Shown here piece by piece: positions 18,555 through 27,830 of a stretch of DNA of 61,525 nt (position 1 is its first letter; each line of letters opens with the position of its first letter). The position numbers and the translations under genes were made by a program. Under the pieces are notes generated by a model. That model had not been told where the DNA came from, ran no database searches, and saw nothing but the letters and a program-made list of their open reading frames with translations. Origin of the DNA: an uncultured Lachnospiraceae bacterium (GTDB taxonomy: Bacteria; Bacillota; Clostridia; Lachnospirales; CAG-274); the NCBI GenBank assembly GCA_964624605.1, contig CAZUXS010000001.1, positions 1 to 61,525 of the forward strand, written 5' to 3'.

Positions 18555-20009
18555 ATGTGGGATTTTCAATTTCCGTTTTCACAAATGCCTCGCATAAACA
18601 ACATCTTGAAAAAAGGTGCCGAGACGAAAGTTACACTTGAAAGTTTTATTTTGAGGGAAGTTGACAGGTTCAAGGCATCACCCGTATTTGCCGATATGCT
18701 GCGTGGGGAGGACTATTACTGCGGCAGACACGATATACTGCACAGGAAAAGGACAGCAATCGGTGAGGGCGGAAAAGTGAGTGTTGTTGATAACCTGCCA
18801 AATAACAGGGTTGTGGATAATCAATACAGAAAACTTGCAGACCAAAAACTTAACTATATATTGGGCAAACCCGTTGTTTTTAGGAGTGACAACAGCGAGT
18901 ATATGGAGCTTATGCAGGATATATTCGGTTCGGACTTTCACAGGACAATAAGAAAAATTGCTTTGGATGCGGTAAACTGTGGCATAGGTTGGATGTTTGT
19001 GAATTACGATGAGGACGGGAAACTCATTTTTAAACGCTTTAAACCCTATGAAATTATACCGAGGTGGGCTGATGATGAAAAAACAAAGCTTGATTATGCC
19101 ATAAGATTTTATACCGCAATTGAGGTTGATGAAAAAGGTGAATCCGAAATACAAAAAGTTGAGTTTTACGATAAAAAGGGTATAAGAAGATATTTTGTGA
19201 ATAACGGCAGACTTGTACCCGATGGCAAAGATTGCAAAACACCGTATTTTTATTGCAGGGAAGAGGAGTTTTGTTGGAATAATATTCCGCTCATACCTTT
19301 TCGCTGCAATGATGAGGAACAGTCATTGCTTAAAAGCGTGAAAACATTGCAGGATGGTCTTAATACTTTGATGAGTAATTTTCAAAATTCAATGGAAGAA
19401 GATGTGCGAAATACCATATTGGTGCTTAAAAATTACGATGGTGAAAATTTGGGAGAGTTCAGGCGCAATTTAAGCACCTACGGAGCTGTGAAAGTGAGGA
19501 GCATAGATGGCTGTGAGGGTGGCGTTGAGGCACTCTCAATACAGGTGAACAGTGAAAATTACAAGGCTGTGATAGAACTTTTTAAGAAGGCAATTATAGA
19601 GAACGGCAGGGGGTACGATGCAAAGGACGACAGACTCTCGGGCAATGCAAATCAGCTAAACATTATGAGTATGTATTCCGATATTGACTTGGATGCAAAT
19701 TCGGTGGAGAGCAGCTTTAAAACGGCTTTTAACAGAATTGTGGATTTTGTGTTGTTGCACTTATACAACAGCGGCAGAGGAGATTTTTCAAGTGAAAAAT
19801 ATGAAATAATATTTAACCGTGATATGTTGATAAGTGAAAGCGAGGTAATCGATAACTGCATAAAGTCGCTGGAAATACTTTCATTTGAAACTGTGGTGGC
19901 ACAGCACCCTTGGGTTGATGATGTGAAAAAAGAGCTTGAAAGAAAAAAGAGAGAAAAGAGTGAGGTAAATAGTGAAGATAGAAAGACTGACGGAGCTTGG
20001 GATGAGTGA
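18555..20009 (+). CDS. phage portal protein, SPP1 gp6 family
   Basis: The 484-aa size fits. The N-terminal ...F..S....DM..GE.YY.G.HDIL.R.R and DN....N....L.DQK..Y..GKP pattern is typical of Phage_prot_Gp6 portals. Confidence 0.8.
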   Translation: MWDFQFPFSQMPRINNILKKGAETKVTLESFILREVDRFKASPVFADMLRGEDYYCGRHDILHRKRTAIGEGGKVSVVDNLPNNRVVDNQYRKLADQKLNYILGKPVVFRSDNSEYMELMQDIFGSDFHRTIRKIALDAVNCGIGWMFVNYDEDGKLIFKRFKPYEIIPRWADDEKTKLDYAIRFYTAIEVDEKGESEIQKVEFYDKKGIRRYFVNNGRLVPDGKDCKTPYFYCREEEFCWNNIPLIPFRCNDEEQSLLKSVKTLQDGLNTLMSNFQNSMEEDVRNTILVLKNYDGENLGEFRRNLSTYGAVKVRSIDGCEGGVEALSIQVNSENYKAVIELFKKAIIENGRGYDAKDDRLSGNANQLNIMSMYSDIDLDANSVESSFKTAFNRIVDFVLLHLYNSGRGDFSSEKYEIIFNRDMLISESEVIDNCIKSLEILSFETVVAQHPWVDDVKKELERKKREKSEVNSEDRKTDGAWDE

Positions 20010-20433
20010 GGAAAATGCTAAGCTTGTTATTGAGGAGCTGTCAAAGGAAGAAGCGGAAAAATCCGAAGCGGTAAATGATTTTGAGGCGGAAAAGGCAGCT
20101 ATCGTAAAGAAATATGAGGAAGATATAAAAAGCATAAAAATTGATAATGAAGTGGAAAAGGCACTCACAAAGGCAGGGGCAAAAAACATAAAGGCTGTAC
20201 GAGCCCTGCTTGACCTTGAAAATGCGGAAATGAACGAAAACGGAATTGTAGGTTTGAGTGAGAGCATTAAAAAGCTCAAAACAGGTAAAGATACGGAGTT
20301 TTTGTTTGAAAAAACGGGATTTAAAGGCGTGAGTGTGGGTGAGAGTACGCACAGGGGTGAAGTGAATACCGATAATATGAACTATAGTCAGCTTTGTGCA
20401 TACTTGGAAGAAAATCCGGATGTTATTTTATAA
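19972..20433 (+). CDS. phage scaffolding protein (GP20 family)
   Basis: The N-terminus MKIERLTELGMSEENAKLVIEE is followed by a Glu/Lys-rich coiled coil. The GTG start overlaps the portal 3' end. Confidence 0.65.
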   Translation: MKIERLTELGMSEENAKLVIEELSKEEAEKSEAVNDFEAEKAAIVKKYEEDIKSIKIDNEVEKALTKAGAKNIKAVRALLDLENAEMNENGIVGLSESIKKLKTGKDTEFLFEKTGFKGVSVGESTHRGEVNTDNMNYSQLCAYLEENPDVIL

Positions 20434-20444
20434 GGAGGATTACT

Positions 20445-20648
20445 ATGGCTAAAAGCACGGAAAATGAAAAGACAGCGGAAACTGTTGCAACAAAGAGTGA
20501 AAGGCGTTTTGAAAAATCACAGCTTTGCGAAAGCAAAAAGTTTGCAAAGCACAGATATGTTATGGATGCGCTTTTAAGTGACGGTGTAACATATACAATT
20601 GAAGAAGCCGAAAAGCTTTTAAATGAATATATTAAGAAGGAGGTTTGA
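20445..20648 (+). CDS. hypothetical phage protein (67 aa)
   Basis: A strong RBS, taaggagg, precedes the ATG. No family was recognised. Confidence 0.5.
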   Translation: MAKSTENEKTAETVATKSERRFEKSQLCESKKFAKHRYVMDALLSDGVTYTIEEAEKLLNEYIKKEV

Positions 20649-20653
20649 TATAT

Positions 20654-21979
20654 ATGGCATTGGGCGGAGGTAATTTTTCGGTACAAAATAAGGTGTTACC
20701 GGGCAGCTATATAAATTTTATAACAACGGCAAGTGCAAGTACCGTTTTTGCCGAAAGAGGCACGGGCGCAATAATTATGCCTATGGTTTGGGGCGAAGTG
20801 GGCACTGTTATTGAAGTTACACAGGAGGATTTTGAAAGGAATTGTCCTAAAATTTTCGGTTATCAATATACGGATGATGAAATGATGTGTATAAGAGATT
20901 TCTTTAAATACGGCAAGACATTACTTGTCGGAAGATTGAACGCAAACGGTAAAAAAGCCGGCAATATACTTGCAGAGGCTTTATATACGGGCAGTGCGGG
21001 TAATAAGATTTCAACCTATATGAGTCCCGATGTGGATGACGAAGAATATTTTAATGTTTACACATATTTTGACGGTGATTTGGTTGACAGCCAATACATA
21101 AACAGTTGGGATGGACTCAAAGACAATGATTATGTAAAGTGGAAGAAAAACGGTAATCTTGTAAAAAACGGTCCTTATATGTTGGAGGGTGGTACGGATG
21201 GAACAACGTCGGTTGCTCAGGTTTCGACTTTCCTTGAAAATATTGAGGCGTACAGCATAAACACAATAGCTGTGGACAGCAGTGACGAGGTCACAATGGG
21301 TATGCTTGTTTCATTTGTTAAAAGAATGAGAGATGAAAAGGGTGTTAAGCTTCAGGCTGTTGTGTACGGCAATAAAAAATATGACTATGAGGGCGTTGTT
21401 TGTGTGCTTAACAAGTTCAGCCTTACGGGCGATTTCACGGATGAGAGTGTTGCTCATAAGGGCATATACTGGGTGAGCGGTGCTGTTGCGGGATGTGCGA
21501 TAAATCGTTCGCTTACAAACAAGACGTATAACGGAGAGTACACAGTATATACGGCTTACACACAAAATGAACTTGAAACGGCTTTAAATGAAGGTAATTT
21601 TGTTTTCCATAAGGTTGGTGACGATGTGAGGGTGTTGCTTGATTATAACAGCCTCGTAACTTTCACACCTGAAAAGAATGAATATTTCAGAGATAATCAG
21701 ACGGTGAGAATTTGTGACCAGATTGCAACGGATATTGCATCTATATTCAACAATTCCTATTTGGGACTTGTTCCGAATGACAGTGCGGGCAGAATAAGCC
21801 TTTGGAGTGATATCGTGAATCATCACAAAAATTTGCAACAGCTCAGAGCACTTGATGATTTTGATGAAGAAGATGTCAGTGTTGAATCGGGCGAGAGTAA
21901 AAACAGTGTAGTTGTGTATGATGCGGTTATGCCTGTGAATGCTATGGCTAAACTGTATATGACAGTGACGGTAAACTAA
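20654..21979 (+). CDS. contractile tail sheath protein (XkdK-like)
   Basis: MALGGGNFSVQNKVLPGSYINF is the characteristic sheath N-terminus. The 441-aa size fits, and RBS aaggagg is present. Confidence 0.85.
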   Translation: MALGGGNFSVQNKVLPGSYINFITTASASTVFAERGTGAIIMPMVWGEVGTVIEVTQEDFERNCPKIFGYQYTDDEMMCIRDFFKYGKTLLVGRLNANGKKAGNILAEALYTGSAGNKISTYMSPDVDDEEYFNVYTYFDGDLVDSQYINSWDGLKDNDYVKWKKNGNLVKNGPYMLEGGTDGTTSVAQVSTFLENIEAYSINTIAVDSSDEVTMGMLVSFVKRMRDEKGVKLQAVVYGNKKYDYEGVVCVLNKFSLTGDFTDESVAHKGIYWVSGAVAGCAINRSLTNKTYNGEYTVYTAYTQNELETALNEGNFVFHKVGDDVRVLLDYNSLVTFTPEKNEYFRDNQTVRICDQIATDIASIFNNSYLGLVPNDSAGRISLWSDIVNHHKNLQQLRALDDFDEEDVSVESGESKNSVVVYDAVMPVNAMAKLYMTVTVN

Positions 21980-21991
21980 GGGGGTTATTGA

Positions 21992-22465
21992 ATGAGTGCA
22001 TCTGTAATGAAAGCTAAAGATACCGTGAGTGCAAAGCTTGCGGAATGTTATGTGAAAATTGACGGCAGCAGATATAATTTTATGCAGGCTATCAATTTGG
22101 AGGCCAAGATTGAAAAAACAAAGGTTGAGGTACCTATACTCGGGCAGACCGGTAAAGGTAATAAGGCAGGCGGTTGGAAGGGCAGTGGTACGGCTAAGTT
22201 CCACTACAACAGCTCAGTATTCAGAAAATTGCTTGAAAAGTACAAAAAGACGGGCGAGGATATTTATTTTGAAATTCAGGTTACAAACAATGATCCGACA
22301 TCTTCCGCAGGCAGTCAAAGTGTTGTGCTTGTGGATTGCAACATTGATGGCGGCATAATTGCAAAATTTGATGCCGAGAGTGATTATTTGGACGAGGAAA
22401 TGAGTTTTTCATTTGAGGATTTTGTTGTGGCACAGTCATTTACAAATCTTTCGGGTATGATTTAA
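21992..22465 (+). CDS. tail tube protein (XkdM-like)
   Basis: The 157-aa protein has the pattern ...AKLAECYVKIDG.RYNFMQAINLEAK.EKTK.EVPILG....GNK..GWKGSG.AKFHYN typical of the XkdM family. Confidence 0.8.
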   Translation: MSASVMKAKDTVSAKLAECYVKIDGSRYNFMQAINLEAKIEKTKVEVPILGQTGKGNKAGGWKGSGTAKFHYNSSVFRKLLEKYKKTGEDIYFEIQVTNNDPTSSAGSQSVVLVDCNIDGGIIAKFDAESDYLDEEMSFSFEDFVVAQSFTNLSGMI

Positions 22466-22477
22466 TCGGAGGTATAT

Positions 22478-22885
22478 ATGAGCAATTTGAATTTATTTTT
22501 GAAAAGCAACAAAAAGCAGAGGGAGAGTGCTGTTTACAAGGCAACGTCATCGCTTACCGATGAGAGCGGTGTGCCGCTTGATTGGGTGATAAGACCCGTT
22601 ACAACGGAGGAAAATGAAGATATAAGAGAAAGCTCAATGCGTGAAAGGGACGGAAGATATACTCTTAACGTGAGTGCATATACGGCAAAGCTTCTTGCCG
22701 CCTCCGTGCAGGAACCTAACCTTTATGATGCTTCTTTGCAGGATAGCTACGGAGTGAAAACACCCGAAGCGCTTTTAAAGGCTATGCTTGATAATCCGGG
22801 TGAGTACAACGCACTTGCGGATTTTGTGAAAAAGCTTAACAGCTTTCCAACTTTTGTTGAGAGTGTGGAACAGGCAAAAAAATGA
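22478..22885 (+). CDS. tail assembly chaperone (XkdN-like)
   Basis: The position directly after the tube gene, the size (135 aa), and an acidic N-terminal half fit. The ORF ends at an A7 slippery run. Confidence 0.65.
   Translation: MSNLNLFLKSNKKQRESAVYKATSSLTDESGVPLDWVIRPVTTEENEDIRESSMRERDGRYTLNVSAYTAKLLAASVQEPNLYDASLQDSYGVKTPEALLKAMLDNPGEYNALADFVKKLNSFPTFVESVEQAKK
22876..22882 (+). promoter_or_regulatory. putative -1 programmed ribosomal frameshift site (A AAA AAA)
   Basis: The heptamer A_AAA_AAA sits immediately before the TGA of the chaperone ORF. The -1 frame stays open for a further 46 codons, to 23022. Confidence 0.55.
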
Positions 22886-23022
22886 TAAGGGGCGGCGACA
22901 GTGAGGCGGTTTATGCCTATTACTGTTTTCACAAATTCGGGATGCCGCCCTCCCGATTTGCAGAAATGGGAGAAAGAGAGAAGGCTTTTATTGCGGCGGC
23001 GATAGAGCTTAAAGAAAAATAA
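22882..23022 (+). CDS. -1 frame extension of the tail assembly chaperone (G/GT-type long form)
   Basis: The open -1 frame reads MIRGGDSEAVYAYYCFHKFGMPPSRFAEMGEREKAFIAAAIELKEK. There is no independent RBS. The arrangement matches the conserved chaperone frameshift of tailed phages. Confidence 0.5.
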   Translation: MIRGGDSEAVYAYYCFHKFGMPPSRFAEMGEREKAFIAAAIELKEK

Positions 23023-23064
23023 GGGTGCGGAGAAAACTCCGCACTCAAAATCGGAGGTGATAGG

Positions 23065-23706
23065 GTGTATCAATTTTGGCTTGGAGATATTCTTTTACCT
23101 GTTGCGCCCGAAAAAGTGAAAATAAATACGGGGTCGCAAAACAGAGAATTGGTGCTTGTTGATGGCAGAGAGATAAATGTGCTTAAGGGGGCAAAGCTCA
23201 GAACCGTTGAATTTGATGCGCTTTTGCCGAATATACAGTATCCTTTTGCACAGTACAAGAATGGTTTTCAAAATGCCGATTATTACAGAAATGCCATAGA
23301 GGAGCTTAAGAATGAAAATAAGGTGATATCTTTTGTGATAACCAGAAAAATGGATATTAAGGTGTTTGAATATACGGATATAAGCTGTACACTTGAAAGC
23401 TATTATATCACGGAGAGTTGCGAAAACGGTTTTGATGTTGTGATGCACCTTGTGCTTAAGGAGTACAGGCAGTATGGGGCAAAGTTTTATGATGAAAACA
23501 ACGGGGTTACTAAAGAGAGAGAAGCGGATAATGCACCACAGATAACGGGGAAAACATATACGGTGCAAAAGGGTGACAGTCTTTGGAAGATTGCAAAAAT
23601 GTATTACGGTGACGGCAGCAGGTGGCAAGAAATTTACAGTGCAAACAGTGACAAAATTTCAAATCCGAACAGGATAAGTGTGGGTATGGTGCTCACCGTA
23701 AATTAA
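23065..23706 (+). CDS. LysM-domain tail/baseplate protein (XkdP-like)
   Basis: A C-terminal LysM domain is present (YTVQKGDSLWKIAKMYYGDGSRWQEIYSANSDKISNPNRISVGMVLTV). The GTG start follows ggaggtg. Confidence 0.8.
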   Translation: MYQFWLGDILLPVAPEKVKINTGSQNRELVLVDGREINVLKGAKLRTVEFDALLPNIQYPFAQYKNGFQNADYYRNAIEELKNENKVISFVITRKMDIKVFEYTDISCTLESYYITESCENGFDVVMHLVLKEYRQYGAKFYDENNGVTKEREADNAPQITGKTYTVQKGDSLWKIAKMYYGDGSRWQEIYSANSDKISNPNRISVGMVLTVN

Positions 23707-23717
23707 GGGGGAATTGC

Positions 23718-24965
23718 ATGAACGATGGTGAACTTGCACGTATTTTTAATTTTGCCATACTGAATTTTTTATCGGCAACCTGTGATGTGAAACCAATTAT
23801 GGTTGATGATGAAACGGAGGATGAGAAAAGCCGTAATCCGTCAGATTTAACATCGGATGTTGAAAGCATCATGCAAAAGTATGCCAAAGAGAATGGAAAT
23901 AAAAGCCTTTACAATTATAAAGACGAGAATTTTTATAATGAAAACAAAGCCGATATATATAATTACGAGTTGGGAAGTACGGATATATATGACAATAAAT
24001 CTATTGATAACGGAAATGAAGGACTTGTAAATTATTATATCGCTTTAAGCGGTGCGAGTAATTTTGAAAAATCGGCAGAGAATGGCAAAATAAACCGAAA
24101 TGTCTACAGTGGAGAATATACAAATATTTTTTCGTTGGGTGGAGATTTTGGCAGTGCTTATGAAAACAACTTGGAAAAAAATCGTAATAACGGGGTAAAT
24201 GATAGTGTTTACAAAAAAGGGTACGGGAACGATTCGTCAATATACAAAGATGGTTATTACGGCAAAAATTACCGCTTGCCAAATGGTTGCAATGAGGAAA
24301 ATTACGACATAAGCAACGGTGTGTATAATTCTGTGTACGGTTCTGAAAACAGTTCAAATGAGAATGTATACGGTATTGGCTACGGTTTTAACAATAGCAA
24401 TCATATTTTTGACAAATCCGAAAAATGTGATATTTACGGCTTTGAGGAAAGTGAATATCATGATTCGGAAGCTTTGGCGAAGTACGGTGAATACGGAAAT
24501 ACTCGCTATATTTCGGAAAATACGGTAGTAAAAGAAAATGACAAATTTATACCATTTCAAAATTACGGTACCGAAAACGATTTCAATATTTTCGGAAAAT
24601 ATACGGATTTGAGTTTTGCCGGTGAAAATTCGGAGAGTGATTATGCTTTGAATACCACGGGTGATTATTTGAACAAAAACGATGTGTTTAATATCAATAA
24701 GGGAGTTTCCGAAAATGATGAAAGCTATGTCGATTACGACATTGACGGAAGTGAGAAAAAAAGTGAACTTTTTTCAAAAATGCAAAAGCTTACAAACGAA
24801 ACAAACAACTACAGCAATTCGGGAGGAAGCATAAATATAAATATGGGTGGAGTTACTCAAAATTTTGCCTCCGGAGAAGGAGCAGATAATATTATGGATG
24901 TGTTTGTGGAAAGTTTGAAAAAGGGGTTGAACGGTTGCGGCAGCAGATATTTGGAGGCGAATTGA
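23718..24965 (+). CDS. Asn/Tyr/Gly/Glu-rich low-complexity protein (415 aa), unknown function
   Basis: A strong RBS, aaggggg, precedes the ATG, and the stop abuts the next gene. The composition is dominated by N, Y, G, S, E and D, with degenerate Y-x-x-N-type repeats. The non-repetitive C-terminus reads ...GGVTQNFASGEGADNIMDVFVESLKKGL. Confidence 0.7.
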   Translation: MNDGELARIFNFAILNFLSATCDVKPIMVDDETEDEKSRNPSDLTSDVESIMQKYAKENGNKSLYNYKDENFYNENKADIYNYELGSTDIYDNKSIDNGNEGLVNYYIALSGASNFEKSAENGKINRNVYSGEYTNIFSLGGDFGSAYENNLEKNRNNGVNDSVYKKGYGNDSSIYKDGYYGKNYRLPNGCNEENYDISNGVYNSVYGSENSSNENVYGIGYGFNNSNHIFDKSEKCDIYGFEESEYHDSEALAKYGEYGNTRYISENTVVKENDKFIPFQNYGTENDFNIFGKYTDLSFAGENSESDYALNTTGDYLNKNDVFNINKGVSENDESYVDYDIDGSEKKSELFSKMQKLTNETNNYSNSGGSININMGGVTQNFASGEGADNIMDVFVESLKKGLNGCGSRYLEAN

Positions 24966-24966
24966 T

Positions 24967-25929
24967 ATGGCACTTGAAGTTTGGATAACGGGTTCAAACG
25001 GTAAATTTATGCCCGAAATGGTGAATGAAGTAAGTTGGACTACGGAGCTTTTCGGTGCGGGGATGCTCGAATTTAAGGTTATAAAAGAAGGCTCGATATC
25101 GTTCAAAGAGGGTGACAAGGTAGAGATGAGTTTTGACGGCAACAGCCTTTTTTGCGGCAGGGTGTTTGAAAAAAAGAGAACACAGCTCGGGGTGATATCG
25201 GTTGTTGCTTACGACCAAATGAGATATTTGCGTAACAAGGACAGCTACACATTTATAAACAAAACTGCGGCACAGATTGTGAACATGATATGCACCGATT
25301 ATAAGCTGCCCATAGGAAGCATAGCGCAAACGGGATTTGTGATTCCCTCACGTATAGAGGATAATTCCACTTTGTTTGACATAATTTACACAGCACTGTC
25401 GCTTACAAAAAATGCCACAGGCAATGAGTTTTTATTGTATGACGATTTAGGAAAAATTTCATTGCAACCCATATCCTATTTTGACACAAATCTTTTGGTG
25501 GATAATGAAACAAGCATAGGCTTTGATTATTCCACAACAATAGACAGTGATGTGTATAACAAGGTGAAGCTCATACATACCACATCACAAAACAAGGTTG
25601 TGACGGATACCGTATATGCGGACAGTGACGCAGATAAGATAAATGAATGGGGTGTGCTGCAATATTTCAGGCACATTGACGGAAATATAGACGGAAATAT
25701 GCTTGTAAAAAATATATTGAATACGTATGACAGAAAAAACAGAAAGCTTGTTATCACAACCATGGGTAACAGATATTTGAGAGCAGGCAGCAGTGTTTAT
25801 GTGAAGCTGGATATAGGCGATTTTGTGCTTGATGACAAAATGAGGGTGAAAAAGTGTGTGCATACATTCAGTGAAAATCAGCATTTTGCGGCATTAACAC
25901 TCAGTGGCGGACAACTTAATTCAAAGTAG
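24967..25929 (+). CDS. baseplate hub / late-control-D-like protein (XkdQ/YqbQ family)
   Basis: The 320-aa size and N-terminus MALEVWITGSNGK....V..VSWTTE..G....LEF fit. The position before the baseplate wedge genes also fits. Confidence 0.7.
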   Translation: MALEVWITGSNGKFMPEMVNEVSWTTELFGAGMLEFKVIKEGSISFKEGDKVEMSFDGNSLFCGRVFEKKRTQLGVISVVAYDQMRYLRNKDSYTFINKTAAQIVNMICTDYKLPIGSIAQTGFVIPSRIEDNSTLFDIIYTALSLTKNATGNEFLLYDDLGKISLQPISYFDTNLLVDNETSIGFDYSTTIDSDVYNKVKLIHTTSQNKVVTDTVYADSDADKINEWGVLQYFRHIDGNIDGNMLVKNILNTYDRKNRKLVITTMGNRYLRAGSSVYVKLDIGDFVLDDKMRVKKCVHTFSENQHFAALTLSGGQLNSK

Positions 25930-25944
25930 AAAGGACAGGGGTAT

Positions 25945-27015
25945 ATGTTTGAAAATATGACTTATGAAAAGCTTATGGAAAGCTCACTTGCAAGGGTGAA
26001 AACAGATGTGGATAAAAGACAGGGATCTGTGATTTACGATGCACTTGCACCTGCTTGTGCAGAGCTTGCACAGCTTTACATAGAGCTTGACAACGTATTG
26101 AAAGAGGGGTTTGCGGACACGGCAAGCAGAGAGTATCTCATTTTGAGGGCAAAGGAGAGAGGTATTACACCAAATGAAGCCACAGCCGCAGTGCTGCGTG
26201 GTGTATTTGACGGTGAAGTGCCTATAGGCAGCCGATTTAATTTGGGTGAGCTTAATTATGAAGTCACGGAAAAAATAAAGGATTATGAATACAAGCTGAC
26301 TTGTGAAACAACGGGTAGTGTGGGCAATAAATATTTCGGAACTCTTACGCCTATAAATTATATACAGGGCATAACAAGTGCGGCAATAACGGAACTTTTG
26401 ATACCGGGGACGGATGAAGAGGATACGGAGACATTCAGACAGAGATACTTTGACAGCATAAACAATTTATATTTCGGCGGAAATGTTGCCGATTACAAAA
26501 GACTGCTCAAAACAATACAAGGTGTGGGACAGGTCAGGATTGAACGTGTCTGGAACGGTGGCGGCACCGTAAAGGTGATTATGACGGACAGTGACAATAA
26601 TATACCAACGGATGAACTGCTTTCCGAGGTAAAGGAAAAGCTTGATCCGGCGGAATATGAGGGCTGTGGTATGGGACTTGTGCCCATTGGACATAGTGTA
26701 AAGGTTGTTGCACCCGAAGTGACGTATGTGGAAGTATATTTTGACGCTCACCTTGATGGCAGAACAATTGAGGATATAAAATACGAGGCGTTTGAAATAA
26801 TATGTGATTTTTTCGATGAAGTAAATGCCGGTTGGAGTGACGGAGAAACTGTAATCTACAGTTCCGATATTCATTCAAAGCTTATGGAAATTGAGGGTTT
26901 GAAAAATATAAGCGGTCTTACAATTAATGAAAAATTGCACTTTACACTTGCAAACAATCATTTGATAGAGTGCAAAAACGTGTATATAAGTGAGGAGGAT
27001 TGGCTTGGCGTATAA
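25945..27015 (+). CDS. baseplate J / gp47-family protein (XkdT-like)
   Basis: The N-terminus MFENMTYEKLMESSLARV....DKRQGSVIYDALAP.A.ELAQLY..LD......FADTA.REYL...A.ERGI is typical of baseplate J-like proteins. Confidence 0.8.
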   Translation: MFENMTYEKLMESSLARVKTDVDKRQGSVIYDALAPACAELAQLYIELDNVLKEGFADTASREYLILRAKERGITPNEATAAVLRGVFDGEVPIGSRFNLGELNYEVTEKIKDYEYKLTCETTGSVGNKYFGTLTPINYIQGITSAAITELLIPGTDEEDTETFRQRYFDSINNLYFGGNVADYKRLLKTIQGVGQVRIERVWNGGGTVKVIMTDSDNNIPTDELLSEVKEKLDPAEYEGCGMGLVPIGHSVKVVAPEVTYVEVYFDAHLDGRTIEDIKYEAFEIICDFFDEVNAGWSDGETVIYSSDIHSKLMEIEGLKNISGLTINEKLHFTLANNHLIECKNVYISEEDWLGV

Positions 27016-27829
27016 TAATGTTTTTGGGTTGGAATATCCCGATGAGAATGACTATTACGACATAAAAGTAATAAACGAAAATATAAGCAAGGTTGCAACA
27101 CAGGCGGCAAAAATGAATACGGTTGTGGTTGCCGCCTATGACACTGCACAGGATATGGCAAAAAATGCGGATTTTGTATGCCCCGAAAATGAGGCAGGCA
27201 CAACATTGAACAAGGCATTGCTTTCGGTGAACAAGGGCGGCACGCTCGTGTTGCTTGACGGCACATATAATATAAATGAAAGTGTTGTTTTGAATAAACC
27301 GATTAAAGTTGTGGGTGATGGAAGAGGTACTGTGCTTAAGCAACTTGATGACAGCGGTGAAACATTCAATATTTTTATTGTGGACTGCGAAGATGTGTAT
27401 ATAGGGAATATGACAATGAAAGATAACAAAAAAAGTACATCACCTAAGTGGCTTGTGTTTGTGAAAAAAGATGGAGCAGTTATAGAAAATGTGAAATTTC
27501 ATTTTGACTACAGTGTTGAAAATGATGTATCAATGATACATTTCATAAAGGATTGCACAGACGGCATTGTGAGATATTGCTGTTTTGCGAGAAGCTTTGA
27601 CACAAGTGATATGGATGGGGAGTTTTACGATGTTACAATAGCGGGAAATGCATTCTGCGGTGTGATACATGGCAACAGGCGATTTGAAAATGAAACCTCA
27701 CCCTCCGATGTAAGGCTGAGTTTTTCATATAACAGCAGCTATGTTTACACAGCTGTATCCGGACAAAAAACAGCTGTGTATGTTGCAAACAAGCTTGCAC
27801 ATTCAATTAATAATAAACAGGAGGCATAA
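27005..27829 (+). CDS. putative tail fibre / receptor-binding protein with a small beta-helix-like domain
   Basis: The N-terminus AYNNVFGLEYPDENDYYDIKVINENISKV resembles the conserved fibre N-terminal motif of Firmicute phages. The following segment, TLVLLDGTYNINESVVLNKPIKVVGDGRGTVL, is pectate-lyase-fold-like. The start is uncertain (GTG at 26990 or TTG at 27005). Confidence 0.5.
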   Translation: MAYNNVFGLEYPDENDYYDIKVINENISKVATQAAKMNTVVVAAYDTAQDMAKNADFVCPENEAGTTLNKALLSVNKGGTLVLLDGTYNINESVVLNKPIKVVGDGRGTVLKQLDDSGETFNIFIVDCEDVYIGNMTMKDNKKSTSPKWLVFVKKDGAVIENVKFHFDYSVENDVSMIHFIKDCTDGIVRYCCFARSFDTSDMDGEFYDVTIAGNAFCGVIHGNRRFENETSPSDVRLSFSYNSSYVYTAVSGQKTAVYVANKLAHSINNKQEA

Positions 27830-27830
27830 T

